In this document: positions 35,590 through 45,874 of the stretch, piece after piece
Layout of the letters: every line of letters starts with the position of its first letter
Position numbering within the stretch: the stretch's first letter is position 1
Assembly: GCA_009924895.1 (NCBI GenBank)
Contig: RFQR01000005.1
Location: 3,710-67,709 of the forward strand
Reading direction: 5' to 3'
Source of the DNA: a bacterium
GTDB lineage: Bacteria; Patescibacteriota; Minisyncoccia; Phycocordibacterales; UBA2100
Length of the DNA stretch: 64,000 nucleotides
Program-made: the position numbers and the translations under genes
Notes under the pieces: generated by a model
Told to the model about the DNA's origin: nothing
Databases searched by the model: none
The model's input: only the letters and a program-made list of their open reading frames with translations

Positions 35590-36921
35590 ATGATCCCACG
35601 GCATATTGCCTTGGTTTCTTCCTTCGCCCTCCTATCGTTGTTTTCTGTTGCATCAGCTGCGCAGTGCAGCATGGTATGGGATAAGACGCTTCGCAAAGGA
35701 ATGACTGGCCCACAGGTGTCTGCTCTCCAGGCATATTTTGGTCTCGAACAGGCGGGTATCTATGGCAATAAGACCGTTGCTGCAGTGAAAGCATTCCAGA
35801 AAAAAAATGGCATTACCCAAACCGGTGAACTGGGGCCCAAAACTCGCGCGGTTCTCAACTCACTTTGTGTCGTTCCACTGGCATCTACCGCAACATTAAC
35901 TGGTCAAGTAAATGGCGTCGAAATTGTCGCTGATGCACTGACTGTTTCGGATGCTGCCCAGCCCTCACCAACTCTTGCTCCCCCGAACGCGCTCTATGTT
36001 CCCTTCACGCGCTTCACGCTCACGGCTGGGCCTAAGGATGTAACTGTAAAAAGTATCACCGTTAAGCGAGTTGGCATGGGGCAAGATCAGGCTTTTGACT
36101 ACATTTCACTTCTGGACGATTCAAATTCAGAAGTAACTTACGGCTATATTGGTAGTGAGCACAAAATTGTATTTAACCGTGACACTATCACTATCCCGGC
36201 TGGTGAGTCACAAATATTTACGATTGCTGGCAATATGAAAGATGATCTCACTGACTATGACGGACAGATGCCAGCGTTACGCCTTAGTGCAATTGTTGCG
36301 TCGTCGCCTGTTGGCGGCACGCTCCCTATTACTGGAACCATGCAAACGATCAACGAGTCATTAACGATTGGAACGGCAGAAACTGCACTTTCGTCGTTTG
36401 ATCCAGGTGCCGCTAATAATCGCACCATTAATGATACAGCTGTGCGCTTCTCTGGTATTCGAATCAGTGCGGGTTCAAAAGAGGACTTAATCTTAAAAGG
36501 AATTACCTGGCGCCAAAATGGGAGCGCAAGTATGAATGATCTTGCGAATGTCGTTGTTACTGTTGATGGAATAAGCTATCCAACCGAAGTGAGTGATGGG
36601 CGCGACTACTACGCTTCTATCCAGAATACTATTATTCCGAAAGGTTTCTCGAAGGATATTTACATCTCTGGTGATATTCTTCCTTCAGCAGCAAACAGAA
36701 CCGTGAAATTTGATATCAAAGATTCTGCAAACATTGAAGTGTGGGGCAAGATGTACGGTTTTGGTATTGCTCCCTACCCAGCATCAAATACTGCGGATAC
36801 GGGCGAATCAGTTTTTCTCACCACCGACGGCACGACTGACGGCGATTCACTCTCTCCATTTTTCTCTGGTTCAACAGCGACGATTTACGGGGCAACCATC
36901 AACGGGTTCTCAAAAATTTAA
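35590..36921 (+). CDS. secreted protein with N-terminal peptidoglycan-binding (PG_binding_1-like) domain
   Basis: Signal peptide MIPRHIALVSSFALLSLFSVASA, then LRKGMTGPQVSALQAYF...AVKAFQKKNGI. The S/T/G-rich remainder has no recognised motif. Track ORF starts at 35521. Confidence 0.6.
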   Translation: MIPRHIALVSSFALLSLFSVASAAQCSMVWDKTLRKGMTGPQVSALQAYFGLEQAGIYGNKTVAAVKAFQKKNGITQTGELGPKTRAVLNSLCVVPLASTATLTGQVNGVEIVADALTVSDAAQPSPTLAPPNALYVPFTRFTLTAGPKDVTVKSITVKRVGMGQDQAFDYISLLDDSNSEVTYGYIGSEHKIVFNRDTITIPAGESQIFTIAGNMKDDLTDYDGQMPALRLSAIVASSPVGGTLPITGTMQTINESLTIGTAETALSSFDPGAANNRTINDTAVRFSGIRISAGSKEDLILKGITWRQNGSASMNDLANVVVTVDGISYPTEVSDGRDYYASIQNTIIPKGFSKDIYISGDILPSAANRTVKFDIKDSANIEVWGKMYGFGIAPYPASNTADTGESVFLTTDGTTDGDSLSPFFSGSTATIYGATINGFSKI

Positions 36922-37406
36922 CCTCTTGCAAATGAGAGCAGCGAGAACGAACCAACAATAATCCAAAAGAAATAGCTCGCAGTGATGTATTCGGCAACAC
37001 TACCGAAATGCCACAGCGTACCAAGAGCAGGGACACTGTTCCACATCAGAAGCATGAGCGCGGTTGCTCCGAGTGCTGCGCAGAGTGACGACACGATACC
37101 GATACCGAAATCTCCATAGGAAATCGTCATGCGGCGTACTGCAAGATAGGTGACCACAAATATTCCGCCAAAGACGAGCGCCTGCATTTTCTCAGTAGAT
37201 GCTGCCGTTATAATTCCTGAAAGCAGAAATGTCTGAGACAGAAGAGAAAAGAGATACGGTGCAATGAGTGCAGTAAGACCAAGTGTTACTGCTCGTCCCG
37301 CGCCACCGCGCATTGCATCAAGTGCTACCAGGGTAAAAAAAGCGAGAATAATAAACCAGTCTGATGCAATAACGGCGAGTGTCGTCGAAAGTGACGGTGC
37401 GTGCAT
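36918..37406 (-). CDS. small 4-TM membrane protein (CvpA-family-like, uncertain)
   Basis: 162 aa, four hydrophobic segments. Size and topology match CvpA, but no specific motif was checked. Confidence 0.35.
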   Translation of the reverse strand: MHAPSLSTTLAVIASDWFIILAFFTLVALDAMRGGAGRAVTLGLTALIAPYLFSLLSQTFLLSGIITAASTEKMQALVFGGIFVVTYLAVRRMTISYGDFGIGIVSSLCAALGATALMLLMWNSVPALGTLWHFGSVAEYITASYFFWIIVGSFSLLSFARG

Positions 37407-37413
37407 GCCGCCA

Positions 37414-38496
37414 TTATAGCCCCTCGCTACGCATTTTCTCTACCAATTCGCGTGCGGAACGTGATAACTTTTTAGGGAACGTAATATCAATTTTTACGAG
37501 CAAGTCGCCGCGAGAGCCGCGCGCAAGTGGAACGCCGCGACCGCGGATACGCAGCACTTCACCGTGGGTGATGCCCGCCGGCACCGAAACAGAAACATCC
37601 CCATCAGGAGCAGCTATGGTAAAATCTCCCCCCAACAGCGCGTCGGTCAATTTAATAGAAAGTGATGTTAGTAAGTGATTTCCTTCGCGCGTAAAGTGCT
37701 TGTCGGCACGTACATGTACTTTTACGTACAAATCTCCGGCAGTACCACTGAGTATTGCTTCACCCATACCGGGCATGCGAATCATTTCTCCGTCTTCTAT
37801 GCCAGATGGCACGGTGATACGGATTTCCTCTTGCCGTTTTTGAACTCCTTCGCCACGACACAAAGCGCAGGCTTCTTGCGGTACCTGCCCGCGTCCGTGA
37901 CAGGTCGGACAGGGACGACTTGAGGTAAATGCACCAAAGAAGGTATTGCGTGACTCGTGTATTTCACCCTTGCCGTTGCAGATGCTGCATGATTGCATCT
38001 TGCTTCCCTTTTTCGCACCGGTTCCTTCGCACGTCGCACACGCTGACAGTTTTGAAATGAGAACGCGGCGCTCTGTGCCAAAGAGCGCTTCTTTGAGTGG
38101 CAACTCAACATCGATGGAAATGTCGCGACCTCGTCTCTGGCGCGGTCCTCGTCGCCCCCCTGCTCCAAACATTTCACCGAAGATATCGCCGAGATCGAAT
38201 TCAAACGATTGACCATTTTGGAATCCACCAAAGTTTGAAAAATCAAAACCGCCAAAATTACCGGGTCCTCCTGCGCCCCCCATGCCTGGTCCTGCCTGCC
38301 CAAAGGTGTCGTATTGTTGGCGTTTTTGTTTGTCGGAGAGTACCGCATAGGCCTCGCTCACCTCTTTGAACTTTGCCTCGTCGCCGCCTTTTTTATCAGG
38401 ATGATATTTGTGCGCAAGCGTTCGAAACGCCTTTTTTATGTCGTCTTCTGAAGCACTTTTGGATACCCCTAAGATGTCGTAATAGTTTTTTGCCAT
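37414..38496 (-). CDS. dnaJ: chaperone DnaJ
   Basis: J-domain with HPD (KYHPDKK), a G/F-rich linker, and four CxxCxGxG zinc-finger repeats. Confidence 0.9.
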   Translation of the reverse strand: MAKNYYDILGVSKSASEDDIKKAFRTLAHKYHPDKKGGDEAKFKEVSEAYAVLSDKQKRQQYDTFGQAGPGMGGAGGPGNFGGFDFSNFGGFQNGQSFEFDLGDIFGEMFGAGGRRGPRQRRGRDISIDVELPLKEALFGTERRVLISKLSACATCEGTGAKKGSKMQSCSICNGKGEIHESRNTFFGAFTSSRPCPTCHGRGQVPQEACALCRGEGVQKRQEEIRITVPSGIEDGEMIRMPGMGEAILSGTAGDLYVKVHVRADKHFTREGNHLLTSLSIKLTDALLGGDFTIAAPDGDVSVSVPAGITHGEVLRIRGRGVPLARGSRGDLLVKIDITFPKKLSRSARELVEKMRSEGL

Positions 38497-38518
38497 AGGT
38501 TAAGACTAAGGAAGAATA

Positions 38519-39370
38519 TCAAGAGAGAAATTGTTTTACAAATCGATTATAGCGCCACTGTTGGAGCTTCGGGTGAGCCTGCATACCCGCCGTTGACCAG
38601 ATGCCGCGAAGGAATGCAAAGTCGTCAGCGGCAGAGTCGCTATCGATGCGGTGCTCTGCATACAGCGTCGCAACCATTGCGAGGTATCGAGCCTTTTGTC
38701 TATCAGAATAACGATAGGCTGTAAAATATTCGAAGGTGTGCTCGTCTGGAAACCAGTCTATAGCAGCGAGGGCTGTCACGCCGTCGTATCCAACAGGACA
38801 ATGAAATGAATCTTCAAAATCAATCACGCCGTCGACATACATGTTGTGCGGATTGAAATCACCGTGTGTAATAACCCACGGAAGATTTTTCATTCGTTCA
38901 AACGCATCGTCAAAGCGTTGCACTAGTCTTGCCGCATGCGCTGGAAGTTCAGCACACAACTCAGTAAGGTGTACAGCGTGTGCGACACGCTCTTTTGAGC
39001 CCACTGACCCGGCAGTTTTGAGCTGTGCAGTCAGAAATGCCTTGGCGGTAGTAATAAACTTATCGAAATGTGCGTCATCGATAGCCCCAGACCTCGCAAC
39101 ATCTTCTTTGAAGATGGTGCCAAAGTGCGGTGATGAGAGGGAGGTTTCGGTGTAATAGGATTGACCATTGTATTCTCCGCGCTCAAGAATTTTTGGTGTT
39201 GGGAAACCAAACTGTTCAAGATGAACATGGGTAGCGAGGTGCTCCTCGACAATACTTTTTGGTCCAATACGAAGAAAGGTGTTTTGTCCTTTGTACACAT
39301 TCACGCTCGAGCGCTGAGCGCGTACGAGCGTGAACGGTACCCCATGTATTGTGAGGGTTTCCTCGGCCAT
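38519..39370 (-). CDS. aminoglycoside-phosphotransferase-like (APH / choline-kinase) family kinase
   Basis: Brenner motif ITHGDFNPHNMYV and a downstream IDFEDS (D-x-E), 283 aa. Lies between dnaK and dnaJ. Confidence 0.6.
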   Translation of the reverse strand: MAEETLTIHGVPFTLVRAQRSSVNVYKGQNTFLRIGPKSIVEEHLATHVHLEQFGFPTPKILERGEYNGQSYYTETSLSSPHFGTIFKEDVARSGAIDDAHFDKFITTAKAFLTAQLKTAGSVGSKERVAHAVHLTELCAELPAHAARLVQRFDDAFERMKNLPWVITHGDFNPHNMYVDGVIDFEDSFHCPVGYDGVTALAAIDWFPDEHTFEYFTAYRYSDRQKARYLAMVATLYAEHRIDSDSAADDFAFLRGIWSTAGMQAHPKLQQWRYNRFVKQFLS

Positions 39371-39373
39371 GCA

Positions 39374-41230
39374 CTATTGCTGAGGTGGAGTGTCTTGTGG
39401 TGGAGTCTGCTCCTCTTGCGGCGCGCCCTGCGCCTTCGACAGCGCCTCGCCAATTTTAGAGAGTGAAGTCGAGAGTGCACTCACTGCACTTTGTAGCACC
39501 GCATTATCAGTGCCGTTTCGAGCAGCTTTCACTGCGTCAATTTTTTCTTGCACTTCTTTCTTCACATCTTCGCCTGCTTTGTCGCCGTATTCTTTGAGTG
39601 ACTTTTCTGCGCTATAGACCAATGAGTCTGCATTGTTCTGTGTTTCAACCAGCTCCTTTTTCTTTTTGTCTGATTCAGCATTTGCATCGGCATCTTTGCG
39701 CATCTTTTCTACTTCTGCATCAGAGAGCCCTGACGAAGCCTCAATGCGGATGGACTGCTCTTTACCACTGGTCTTGTCTTTTGCTTTGACCGAGAGGATG
39801 CCGTTTGCGTCAATGTCAAAGGTGACTTCTACTTGTGGCACGCCGCGGGGTGCGGGTGGAATGCCATCGAGATTGAAGCGGCCAAGTGATTTGTTGTCTC
39901 CCGCCATTGAGCGCTCGCCTTGCACAACGTGGATTTCCACTGATGGCTGGTTGTCTGAGGCGGTTGAGAACACCTGTGAGCGCGATGTTGGGATGGTGGT
40001 GTTGCGCTCGATAATTTTCGTGGCAACGCCTCCCATCGTCTCGATACCGAGTGAGAGTGGAATAACGTCAAGAAGCAGCACATCTTTCACATCACCCTGC
40101 AAGATGCCTCCCTGAATCGCTGCACCGAGTGCGACGACCTCGTCGGGGTTCACGCTCATGTTTGGCTTCTTGCCAAAGTACGTCTCAACCGCTTTTTGAA
40201 GCGCTGGCATGCGAGTCTGACCGCCAACGAGAATAACTTCGTTGATGTCACCGATCTTAAATGGCGATGCCTCCATGGCACGTTTCGTGATCATAAGAGC
40301 GCGGTCAACGAATTCCTGTGCGAGCTCTTCGAGCTTTGCACGAGTCATTTTCACCAAAAGGTGCCGAGGACCTGATGCGTCTGAGGTGATAAAGGGGATG
40401 TTAATTTCAGTTTCTACCGCACTCGAAAGCTCAATCTTTGCTTTTTCTGCTGCTTCATCTAAGCGCTGGCGAGCGAGCGCATCAGTACGTACGTCGATGC
40501 CTGATTCTTTCTTAAACTCGTCGGCAAGATAATTCATGATCTTCTGATCAAGATCTTTACCGCCTAGGTGTGCATCGCCATCGGTTGAGCGTACTTCGAT
40601 AACATCATCGCCCACTTCGAGCACCGAGATGTCGAACGTACCACCTCCGAAGTCAAAGACCACAATCTTTTCGTTTTTCTTTTTGTTGAAGCCGTATGCG
40701 AGTGCCGCTGCGGTTGGCTCGTTGATGATGCGCTTCACATCGAGTCCTGCAATTTTGCCGGCATCTTTGGTTGCCTGGCGCTGGTCGTCGTTGAAATATG
40801 CAGGAACAGTAATGACGGCTTCGGTGATTTTTTCACCCGTTTTGGCTTCTGCGTCTGCTTTCATTTTCTGAAGAATCATCGCAGAAACTTCTTCAGGGCG
40901 ATATTTTTTGTCGCCCATAGTGACTTCGACACCGCCGTTTGCTGATGCGCTCACTTCAAATGGAACCGAAGCCTTGTCTTTCTGCACGGCATCCTCTTTG
41001 AAGGAGTGGCCTATAAATCGCTTGATTTGATACACCGTGTTTTTTGGATTGGTGACTGCCTGGCGTCTTGCAAGCAGACCAACAAGGCGCTCTCCTGTTT
41101 TAGAGGTTGCAACGATTGACGGCGTGGTGCGCGCACCCTCAGCGTTCTCAATGATTTTAGGCTCACCTGCCTCGACAATCGCCATTGCCGAATTTGTGGT
41201 TCCCAAGTCGATTCCAAGAATTTTTGCCAT
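39374..41230 (-). CDS. dnaK: chaperone DnaK (Hsp70)
   Basis: N-terminal [19 protein letters not shown], and a C-terminal lid with an EEQTPPQD tail. 618 aa. Confidence 0.95.
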   Translation of the reverse strand: MAKILGIDLGTTNSAMAIVEAGEPKIIENAEGARTTPSIVATSKTGERLVGLLARRQAVTNPKNTVYQIKRFIGHSFKEDAVQKDKASVPFEVSASANGGVEVTMGDKKYRPEEVSAMILQKMKADAEAKTGEKITEAVITVPAYFNDDQRQATKDAGKIAGLDVKRIINEPTAAALAYGFNKKKNEKIVVFDFGGGTFDISVLEVGDDVIEVRSTDGDAHLGGKDLDQKIMNYLADEFKKESGIDVRTDALARQRLDEAAEKAKIELSSAVETEINIPFITSDASGPRHLLVKMTRAKLEELAQEFVDRALMITKRAMEASPFKIGDINEVILVGGQTRMPALQKAVETYFGKKPNMSVNPDEVVALGAAIQGGILQGDVKDVLLLDVIPLSLGIETMGGVATKIIERNTTIPTSRSQVFSTASDNQPSVEIHVVQGERSMAGDNKSLGRFNLDGIPPAPRGVPQVEVTFDIDANGILSVKAKDKTSGKEQSIRIEASSGLSDAEVEKMRKDADANAESDKKKKELVETQNNADSLVYSAEKSLKEYGDKAGEDVKKEVQEKIDAVKAARNGTDNAVLQSAVSALSTSLSKIGEALSKAQGAPQEEQTPPQDTPPQQ

Positions 41231-41282
41231 ACACTTTAGATTAAAATAAGTAAGTAGTAACTAGTATACGCCCGATTTCTTT

Positions 41283-42087
41283 TTGTGCAAGTCAGACTTG
41301 CACAATTAAAATACTTTTTTATTATATGTCAATAGCTATTCTAATAAACTCCTCATCATCATCAAGTTCGCCCGAAAGGAAGCTTTGTGCTCGCGCATGA
41401 AGATCACGCATCGTTGGCATAATCTCTTGTATTGCGGCATGATCAACGATGGAGCCTCGCCTATTACCTGAATAGTCGCGCAAGCTTGCAAACGGGTACT
41501 GAAGAGCCCACTCCCACGCCGCAGCAAATTCTTTGCGAGCCCTCTGTATTCCCCCATCGTACAGCTCAAAAGGATTTTTTACTTGTATGTACGTAGAAAG
41601 ATGCTGAAGGTACTCATCATCTTCTACGGTTCGTGCCTTGTATGCGCCTTGGAATAATGTCCCATTCTCCTCGTATTTTGTGTTGTAGTAGAGCGCCATA
41701 CTGGTGCAAAGCCTCTGCATGTACCGCGCGATTCCATTCTCAGTATTTTCACGCAGGAGTAAATGGAAGTGGTTGTCCATAAGGCAAAATGCAAGTATCG
41801 AAACGTATGGTTTTGCCTCTGGCCAATGCCCGGGGCGTCGATATCCAAAGCGAATATCTTCGGGACTCACGTCCCTCTCCCAGTTCCGAGGCACATTTTC
41901 ATCGTTGAGGTAGCGAAGTAGCTTTAAAAAACGCCATCGATCTGCTTCATCTCGAACAATAGGCATGCCACGTGTCCCCCGTTTTAAGACGTGTACGTAT
42001 GATCCAACCGAAAACGGCTCTTTTCTCATAGCTTTTTGACACAATGCTATCAGGTGTATTGTAATTGTGCAAGTCTGACTTGCACAA
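41283..42087. mobile_element. REPtron-like unit: RayT/IS200-like HUH tyrosine transposase gene flanked by inverted copies of a 23-bp REP palindrome
   Basis: The palindrome TTGTGCAAGTC(A/T)GACTTGCACAA sits at 41283-41305 and 42065-42087 in opposite orientation around CDS 41322..42044. A third copy lies at 28514. Confidence 0.6.
41322..42044 (-). CDS. rayT: REP-associated tyrosine transposase (RayT / TnpA_REP, IS200-like Y1 HUH family)
   Basis: HUH motif MDNHFHLLL and a catalytic Tyr motif YIQVKNP. 240 aa. Confidence 0.65.
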   Translation of the reverse strand: MCQKAMRKEPFSVGSYVHVLKRGTRGMPIVRDEADRWRFLKLLRYLNDENVPRNWERDVSPEDIRFGYRRPGHWPEAKPYVSILAFCLMDNHFHLLLRENTENGIARYMQRLCTSMALYYNTKYEENGTLFQGAYKARTVEDDEYLQHLSTYIQVKNPFELYDGGIQRARKEFAAAWEWALQYPFASLRDYSGNRRGSIVDHAAIQEIMPTMRDLHARAQSFLSGELDDDEEFIRIAIDI

Positions 42088-42147
42088 AAAAAGTGGGTTT
42101 TGGGGTGAAAGCGTGGTGTGCTGTGGGTGCTAGCGGAAGCACGGTGA

Positions 42148-42684
42148 TTACTTTTGGCAGATGACCTGTGCGGGGCGGATGATGCGGTCTCCTATCTTAT
42201 AACCGTTGCGGATGACCTTAAGCACGGTCCCGCTCTCCTTCCCTTCGTCCGACTCACTGATTACTTCGTGGAGTGTGTGGTCGAGCTTCTCCCCCGCTGC
42301 CCCAAAGCGCGCGACTCCGTTTTGGCTGAGTATGTTTACAAACTGCGACTGGATGTATTCGATGCCCTTGCGCCACTCGGCAGAGACACTCCCCCATGTT
42401 GATGATCCCATTGCCATATCGAATCCATCAAGAACGGGCAAAAGTTCTTCCGTCAGAGACTCTCGGGCACGGGATTCTGCACGCTCTGCATGTGCGCGAG
42501 CTTCTTTCAGCATATTTGCAGCATCAGCACGGGCACGTTGCCAGCCGTCAAGATTATCTTGTGCTTCTTTTTTTGCGGCTGCAAGTTCCACTTTAAGCTT
42601 AGCAATTTTTGCTTTGAGGCCACCTACCCCGTTTTCGTCTTCTTGCTCAAAGTCGATATCGACTGCGTTGTATTCTGAAGTCAT
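42148..42684 (-). CDS. grpE: nucleotide exchange factor GrpE
   Basis: GrpE C-terminal four-helix bundle and beta domain (FDPxxH-like region HEVISESDEG, IRPAQV). 178 aa. Confidence 0.85.
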   Translation of the reverse strand: MTSEYNAVDIDFEQEDENGVGGLKAKIAKLKVELAAAKKEAQDNLDGWQRARADAANMLKEARAHAERAESRARESLTEELLPVLDGFDMAMGSSTWGSVSAEWRKGIEYIQSQFVNILSQNGVARFGAAGEKLDHTLHEVISESDEGKESGTVLKVIRNGYKIGDRIIRPAQVICQK

Positions 42685-42711
42685 GCCGCGAGTATATCAA
42701 AAAATGTGTAC

Positions 42712-42745
42712 AAAACAAAAAGACCCTGCAAAGGGTCTTTTTGTT
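42712..42745 (-). terminator. intrinsic terminator (AAAGACCCT - GCAA - AGGGTCTTT flanked by A/T tracts, bidirectional form) after the surface-protein gene and upstream of grpE
   Basis: Read directly. Confidence 0.7.
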
Positions 42746-42757
42746 GATAGGTGTACG

Positions 42758-44443
42758 TTAGTTCGGTCCGCCAAACCAATTTTTAATTTTGGACCATAAT
42801 CCGGTGCCTGAGTTCGAATCGTTGCTTGGTGGCACTATTCCTCCGGTACTTGAAGACGTATCAGATGGCTGTCCCTCTACGCCATCTTGCTGAGGTGCGT
42901 TACCGTTACCCAGTGGTGGTCGCAATGTCTTGTTCTGGTTTCTGAATGAGTCAATTATTTTTTGCTCATCTGAAGAAAGTGAGAACTGCGCAGTGTTTTT
43001 ACAGTATATCTCGTTGATCTTCTTTTGGGTGGTCAAGTACACGAACCCAGTTCCAGAACTTAGACCCCAAGGAGCAAGGATTTGAGAGCGGTACTTCTCC
43101 TGGAACGCCTTTACCGCAGCAGTGGTCTTTGTGTCGTACACACCAGTTATATCAATATCCATTTTCTTGAAATCTCGGAGTACCGTCTGCAAGCGTCGTA
43201 CTTGTTCAGGATTATTTGTTCGACGGGGCCCAAGAAAATCGGTGACATAGCGTTCGCATGCTGGTCCGAAGTCAGGTTGCGTCGAGGTAGATGTACCCAA
43301 GACTTGTCCGCTCGGAATCCCGCTGCCGTTACTGACGCCGAATGTACCAGTAATCGGGCCATTTCCACCACCACCGCTCGTCGGTGTCGGCGTAGGGAGG
43401 ATGACGGGCACAGGATAGTTACTGAACGATATCATAGTTATTGGTTCTTCAATGCCAGCAGGATGTCCCATAGTAACTAATTGACCAGGATTTGAGAGCG
43501 AAACCCCAAAGTAGGTGCCTGTATCAATCGTAAATCCGGTAGGAACGGTGACACCGTTTTCAAATGTCGTTACCACGGTACTTGAGCCAAATACTCCAGT
43601 TCCAGTCGGATACGTGCGATTCCAGCCTGACTGTTTGCCTTCGAGCACAAAGAAGTAACCTGTTTCGGGAACGTAGATGGTTGCAGTTCCCGATGCATTC
43701 GTGAGTCCGCTTGCAACAATGTGGAGATACACGATACCTTCCTCTCCTTCGTATTGTTCGGCGATGAAGAATGGCCAGTTTGCAACACCTGGTTCAGTGA
43801 ACGACTCTCCTTCATCTTTTACCCCAACAGTGCCGCTTTCAGTTGAGTCGTTCCAGTCACGGATACCATCGTTGTCGGTATCCTGCCACTTCGTCACAGT
43901 GATTGATGGATTCTGCCAGTTGCCAAAGTTGTATGGAGAATACACTTGGTTACTTGTTACAAAGACATCAAAGTATGCCGGTGACGATGGCGTGACCTGG
44001 GTCCATCCCGCACGCTGCTCCTCAGTGATTCTCCACCAACCATTCTCTGTTGGTGCAAACGAGAATGAGTAGAGGCCGCTTTCTGAATCAGTGGTTACTT
44101 GTTTTGCGCTGCGCGCTCCCGTTGAGGTTGCAAGGGTGATGCCTTCCTCTGCAATGTTGTCCATAGGCGTTGCGAAGATATTCCAGCCCCCGAGAGAGCT
44201 TTCCTCTCCCCACACCCCATTTCGGTTATAGTCGTTTGGAGTATTCGTTACCGATCCGGTCCACCCCGATACTGTGCCTTCAGTTTGAGGAAGGAGAGCT
44301 GCTGTGGTGTCAGCAAACGCAATTCCCGAAGGAATGGTTCCAGAGACTAATGCAAAAATGGTAAGTGCAGAGACCGTACGAGAAACTCGGTGTGCCCAGT
44401 TTTTTGAGAGAAACGAAACTCCGGATGATGGAAGCGCGTTCAT
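42758..44443 (-). CDS. large secreted/cell-surface protein with C-terminal-proximal peptidoglycan-binding-like domain
   Basis: Signal peptide (MNALPSS...GIAFA), a G/T/S/N-rich body, and a VRRLQTVLRDF...AAVKAFQEKY PG-binding-like motif. Track ORF extends to 44497. Confidence 0.55.
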   Translation of the reverse strand: MNALPSSGVSFLSKNWAHRVSRTVSALTIFALVSGTIPSGIAFADTTAALLPQTEGTVSGWTGSVTNTPNDYNRNGVWGEESSLGGWNIFATPMDNIAEEGITLATSTGARSAKQVTTDSESGLYSFSFAPTENGWWRITEEQRAGWTQVTPSSPAYFDVFVTSNQVYSPYNFGNWQNPSITVTKWQDTDNDGIRDWNDSTESGTVGVKDEGESFTEPGVANWPFFIAEQYEGEEGIVYLHIVASGLTNASGTATIYVPETGYFFVLEGKQSGWNRTYPTGTGVFGSSTVVTTFENGVTVPTGFTIDTGTYFGVSLSNPGQLVTMGHPAGIEEPITMISFSNYPVPVILPTPTPTSGGGGNGPITGTFGVSNGSGIPSGQVLGTSTSTQPDFGPACERYVTDFLGPRRTNNPEQVRRLQTVLRDFKKMDIDITGVYDTKTTAAVKAFQEKYRSQILAPWGLSSGTGFVYLTTQKKINEIYCKNTAQFSLSSDEQKIIDSFRNQNKTLRPPLGNGNAPQQDGVEGQPSDTSSSTGGIVPPSNDSNSGTGLWSKIKNWFGGPN

Positions 44444-44753
44444 AAAAATTGAGTAATTTAGGTATGGTGCTAATAGGAATAAGTGAGCACAGAGCATGTA
44501 CTTTCCCTTCGAGAGTCAAGCGCCGCTCAGGTACGCTCTTCCCTCCCTTTCGTGGAGAATTTCTGCTGGTAGTGTCCTTTAGAGCGCACCGCTGTGGAGC
44601 TCCTGAATACAAGGCTCTAGCGATGACGTTCTAACGGACACAGCACAAGCAATGCGAGATTCTAAAGGACATGCTGTCACGAGTGAGGGCCCCTGAGTGC
44701 TCGAAGAGTATGGTATTTTCTGACCCACAACACAAAAAACTTATTTTACAAGT

Positions 44754-45692
44754 CTATTTTTTGTATATGGGATAGCGCTCAGGATCAATGGTTCTGGCAA
44801 AGCATGTCTTTCCCGTGCTGTGACTCCATGGCAATCCTGCATCATCGGCACTGCGAACATTTTGCTCCATAGGGTATGCAGTTGCAATATCGCCTGGTGA
44901 GCCGTTGCTGTCCGCATTAAAGTTTGCACACAATTTGAAACCGAGTTTATTGCTGGTAGTCGCGTACTCATACATGTCACCTTCTGGTGCAATTGGCACT
45001 GTCATGCCACTAAGCTGATCGTACGCCTCTGACATGGTTGCCGGCAGCCTGCCCTTCTGTTGGTAGAAGTTAATAATCTGCCATTGAATGTTTTGAAGGT
45101 CTGAAACTTTCTGTTGATCAATGCGAAGTTTGCGGACATATGATGGTGAACCCATGACCAAGAATCCTGAAACTATCGTACCGATAACAAGTACAACAAC
45201 TGCAATCCCTACTGCGTTTACCTTGGTTTTGTTATCGTTCCAGAAACCCCACAATTCAGCGAGAAAGTGCATGAAGATTCCTGCGGCGACAAGAATCACG
45301 AGTGCAACTTTAAACACAAAGCGAGTCGAGAGCTCACCCCCGAGGAAGGTGTTAATAAGAGTGATGAGGGTAATAACGACAGCAGAGCCTGCGAGAAACA
45401 AGGTGAGCATAAGAGCCCAGCGACGCACCCATAACTCTGTCTTCTCTGGCGTGGTGCCAATGTCTGAACGAATGACGCGCATGAGTACTAGAAATACTGG
45501 CACAAGCACGATAAGGCTCGCCATCGCGAAGCGCATGGTCCCTGAGTAAGGGTCCACATACCCATCAAGAGCATCAGGGTATGCCTTGTTAATGTATTCA
45601 AATATAAGCGTGAGAAACGCCGTGATTGAACCATAGAGTGCAATCATTGCCCCTGCCCACGTAAAGAAATCCTTTGGTGTGACTTTGTTCAT
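44754..45692 (-). CDS. hypothetical polytopic membrane protein
   Basis: 312 aa, about 6 TM helices. No motif recognised. Confidence 0.5.
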   Translation of the reverse strand: MNKVTPKDFFTWAGAMIALYGSITAFLTLIFEYINKAYPDALDGYVDPYSGTMRFAMASLIVLVPVFLVLMRVIRSDIGTTPEKTELWVRRWALMLTLFLAGSAVVITLITLINTFLGGELSTRFVFKVALVILVAAGIFMHFLAELWGFWNDNKTKVNAVGIAVVVLVIGTIVSGFLVMGSPSYVRKLRIDQQKVSDLQNIQWQIINFYQQKGRLPATMSEAYDQLSGMTVPIAPEGDMYEYATTSNKLGFKLCANFNADSNGSPGDIATAYPMEQNVRSADDAGLPWSHSTGKTCFARTIDPERYPIYKK

Positions 45693-45742
45693 ATACCTCT
45701 ACACTAGCATATGACGAATGAGGAAGAGGATCATTACATATA

Positions 45743-45770
45743 TTGACAAGTTAATGCATCATTGTATAAA
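45743..45770 (+). promoter_or_regulatory. sigma70-like promoter candidate (TTGACA - 16 nt - TATAAA)
   Basis: Read directly in the divergent intergenic region. It would drive the plus-strand gene at 45875. Confidence 0.35.
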
Positions 45771-45874
45771 CGATTCTATTGTTGTCCCGCAGCAAGCGAG
45801 AGATACTTTTGTGAATGCAATTTGGACATGCGATTGTGATTGTGGGATAACTCATCAATATTGTTGGTTCTCTT

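Noticed and set aside
42045-42757. CIRCE/HrcA operator (TTAGCACTC-N9-GAGTGCTAA) upstream of grpE or dnaK
   Set aside because: Not found in either upstream region. The only palindrome present is the REP element.
44560-44660. SRP (4.5S) RNA-like segment
   Set aside because: A CAAGGC...GATGAC stretch loosely resembles domain IV. The conserved GGAAG/AGCAG asymmetric loop and flanking helices are not present.
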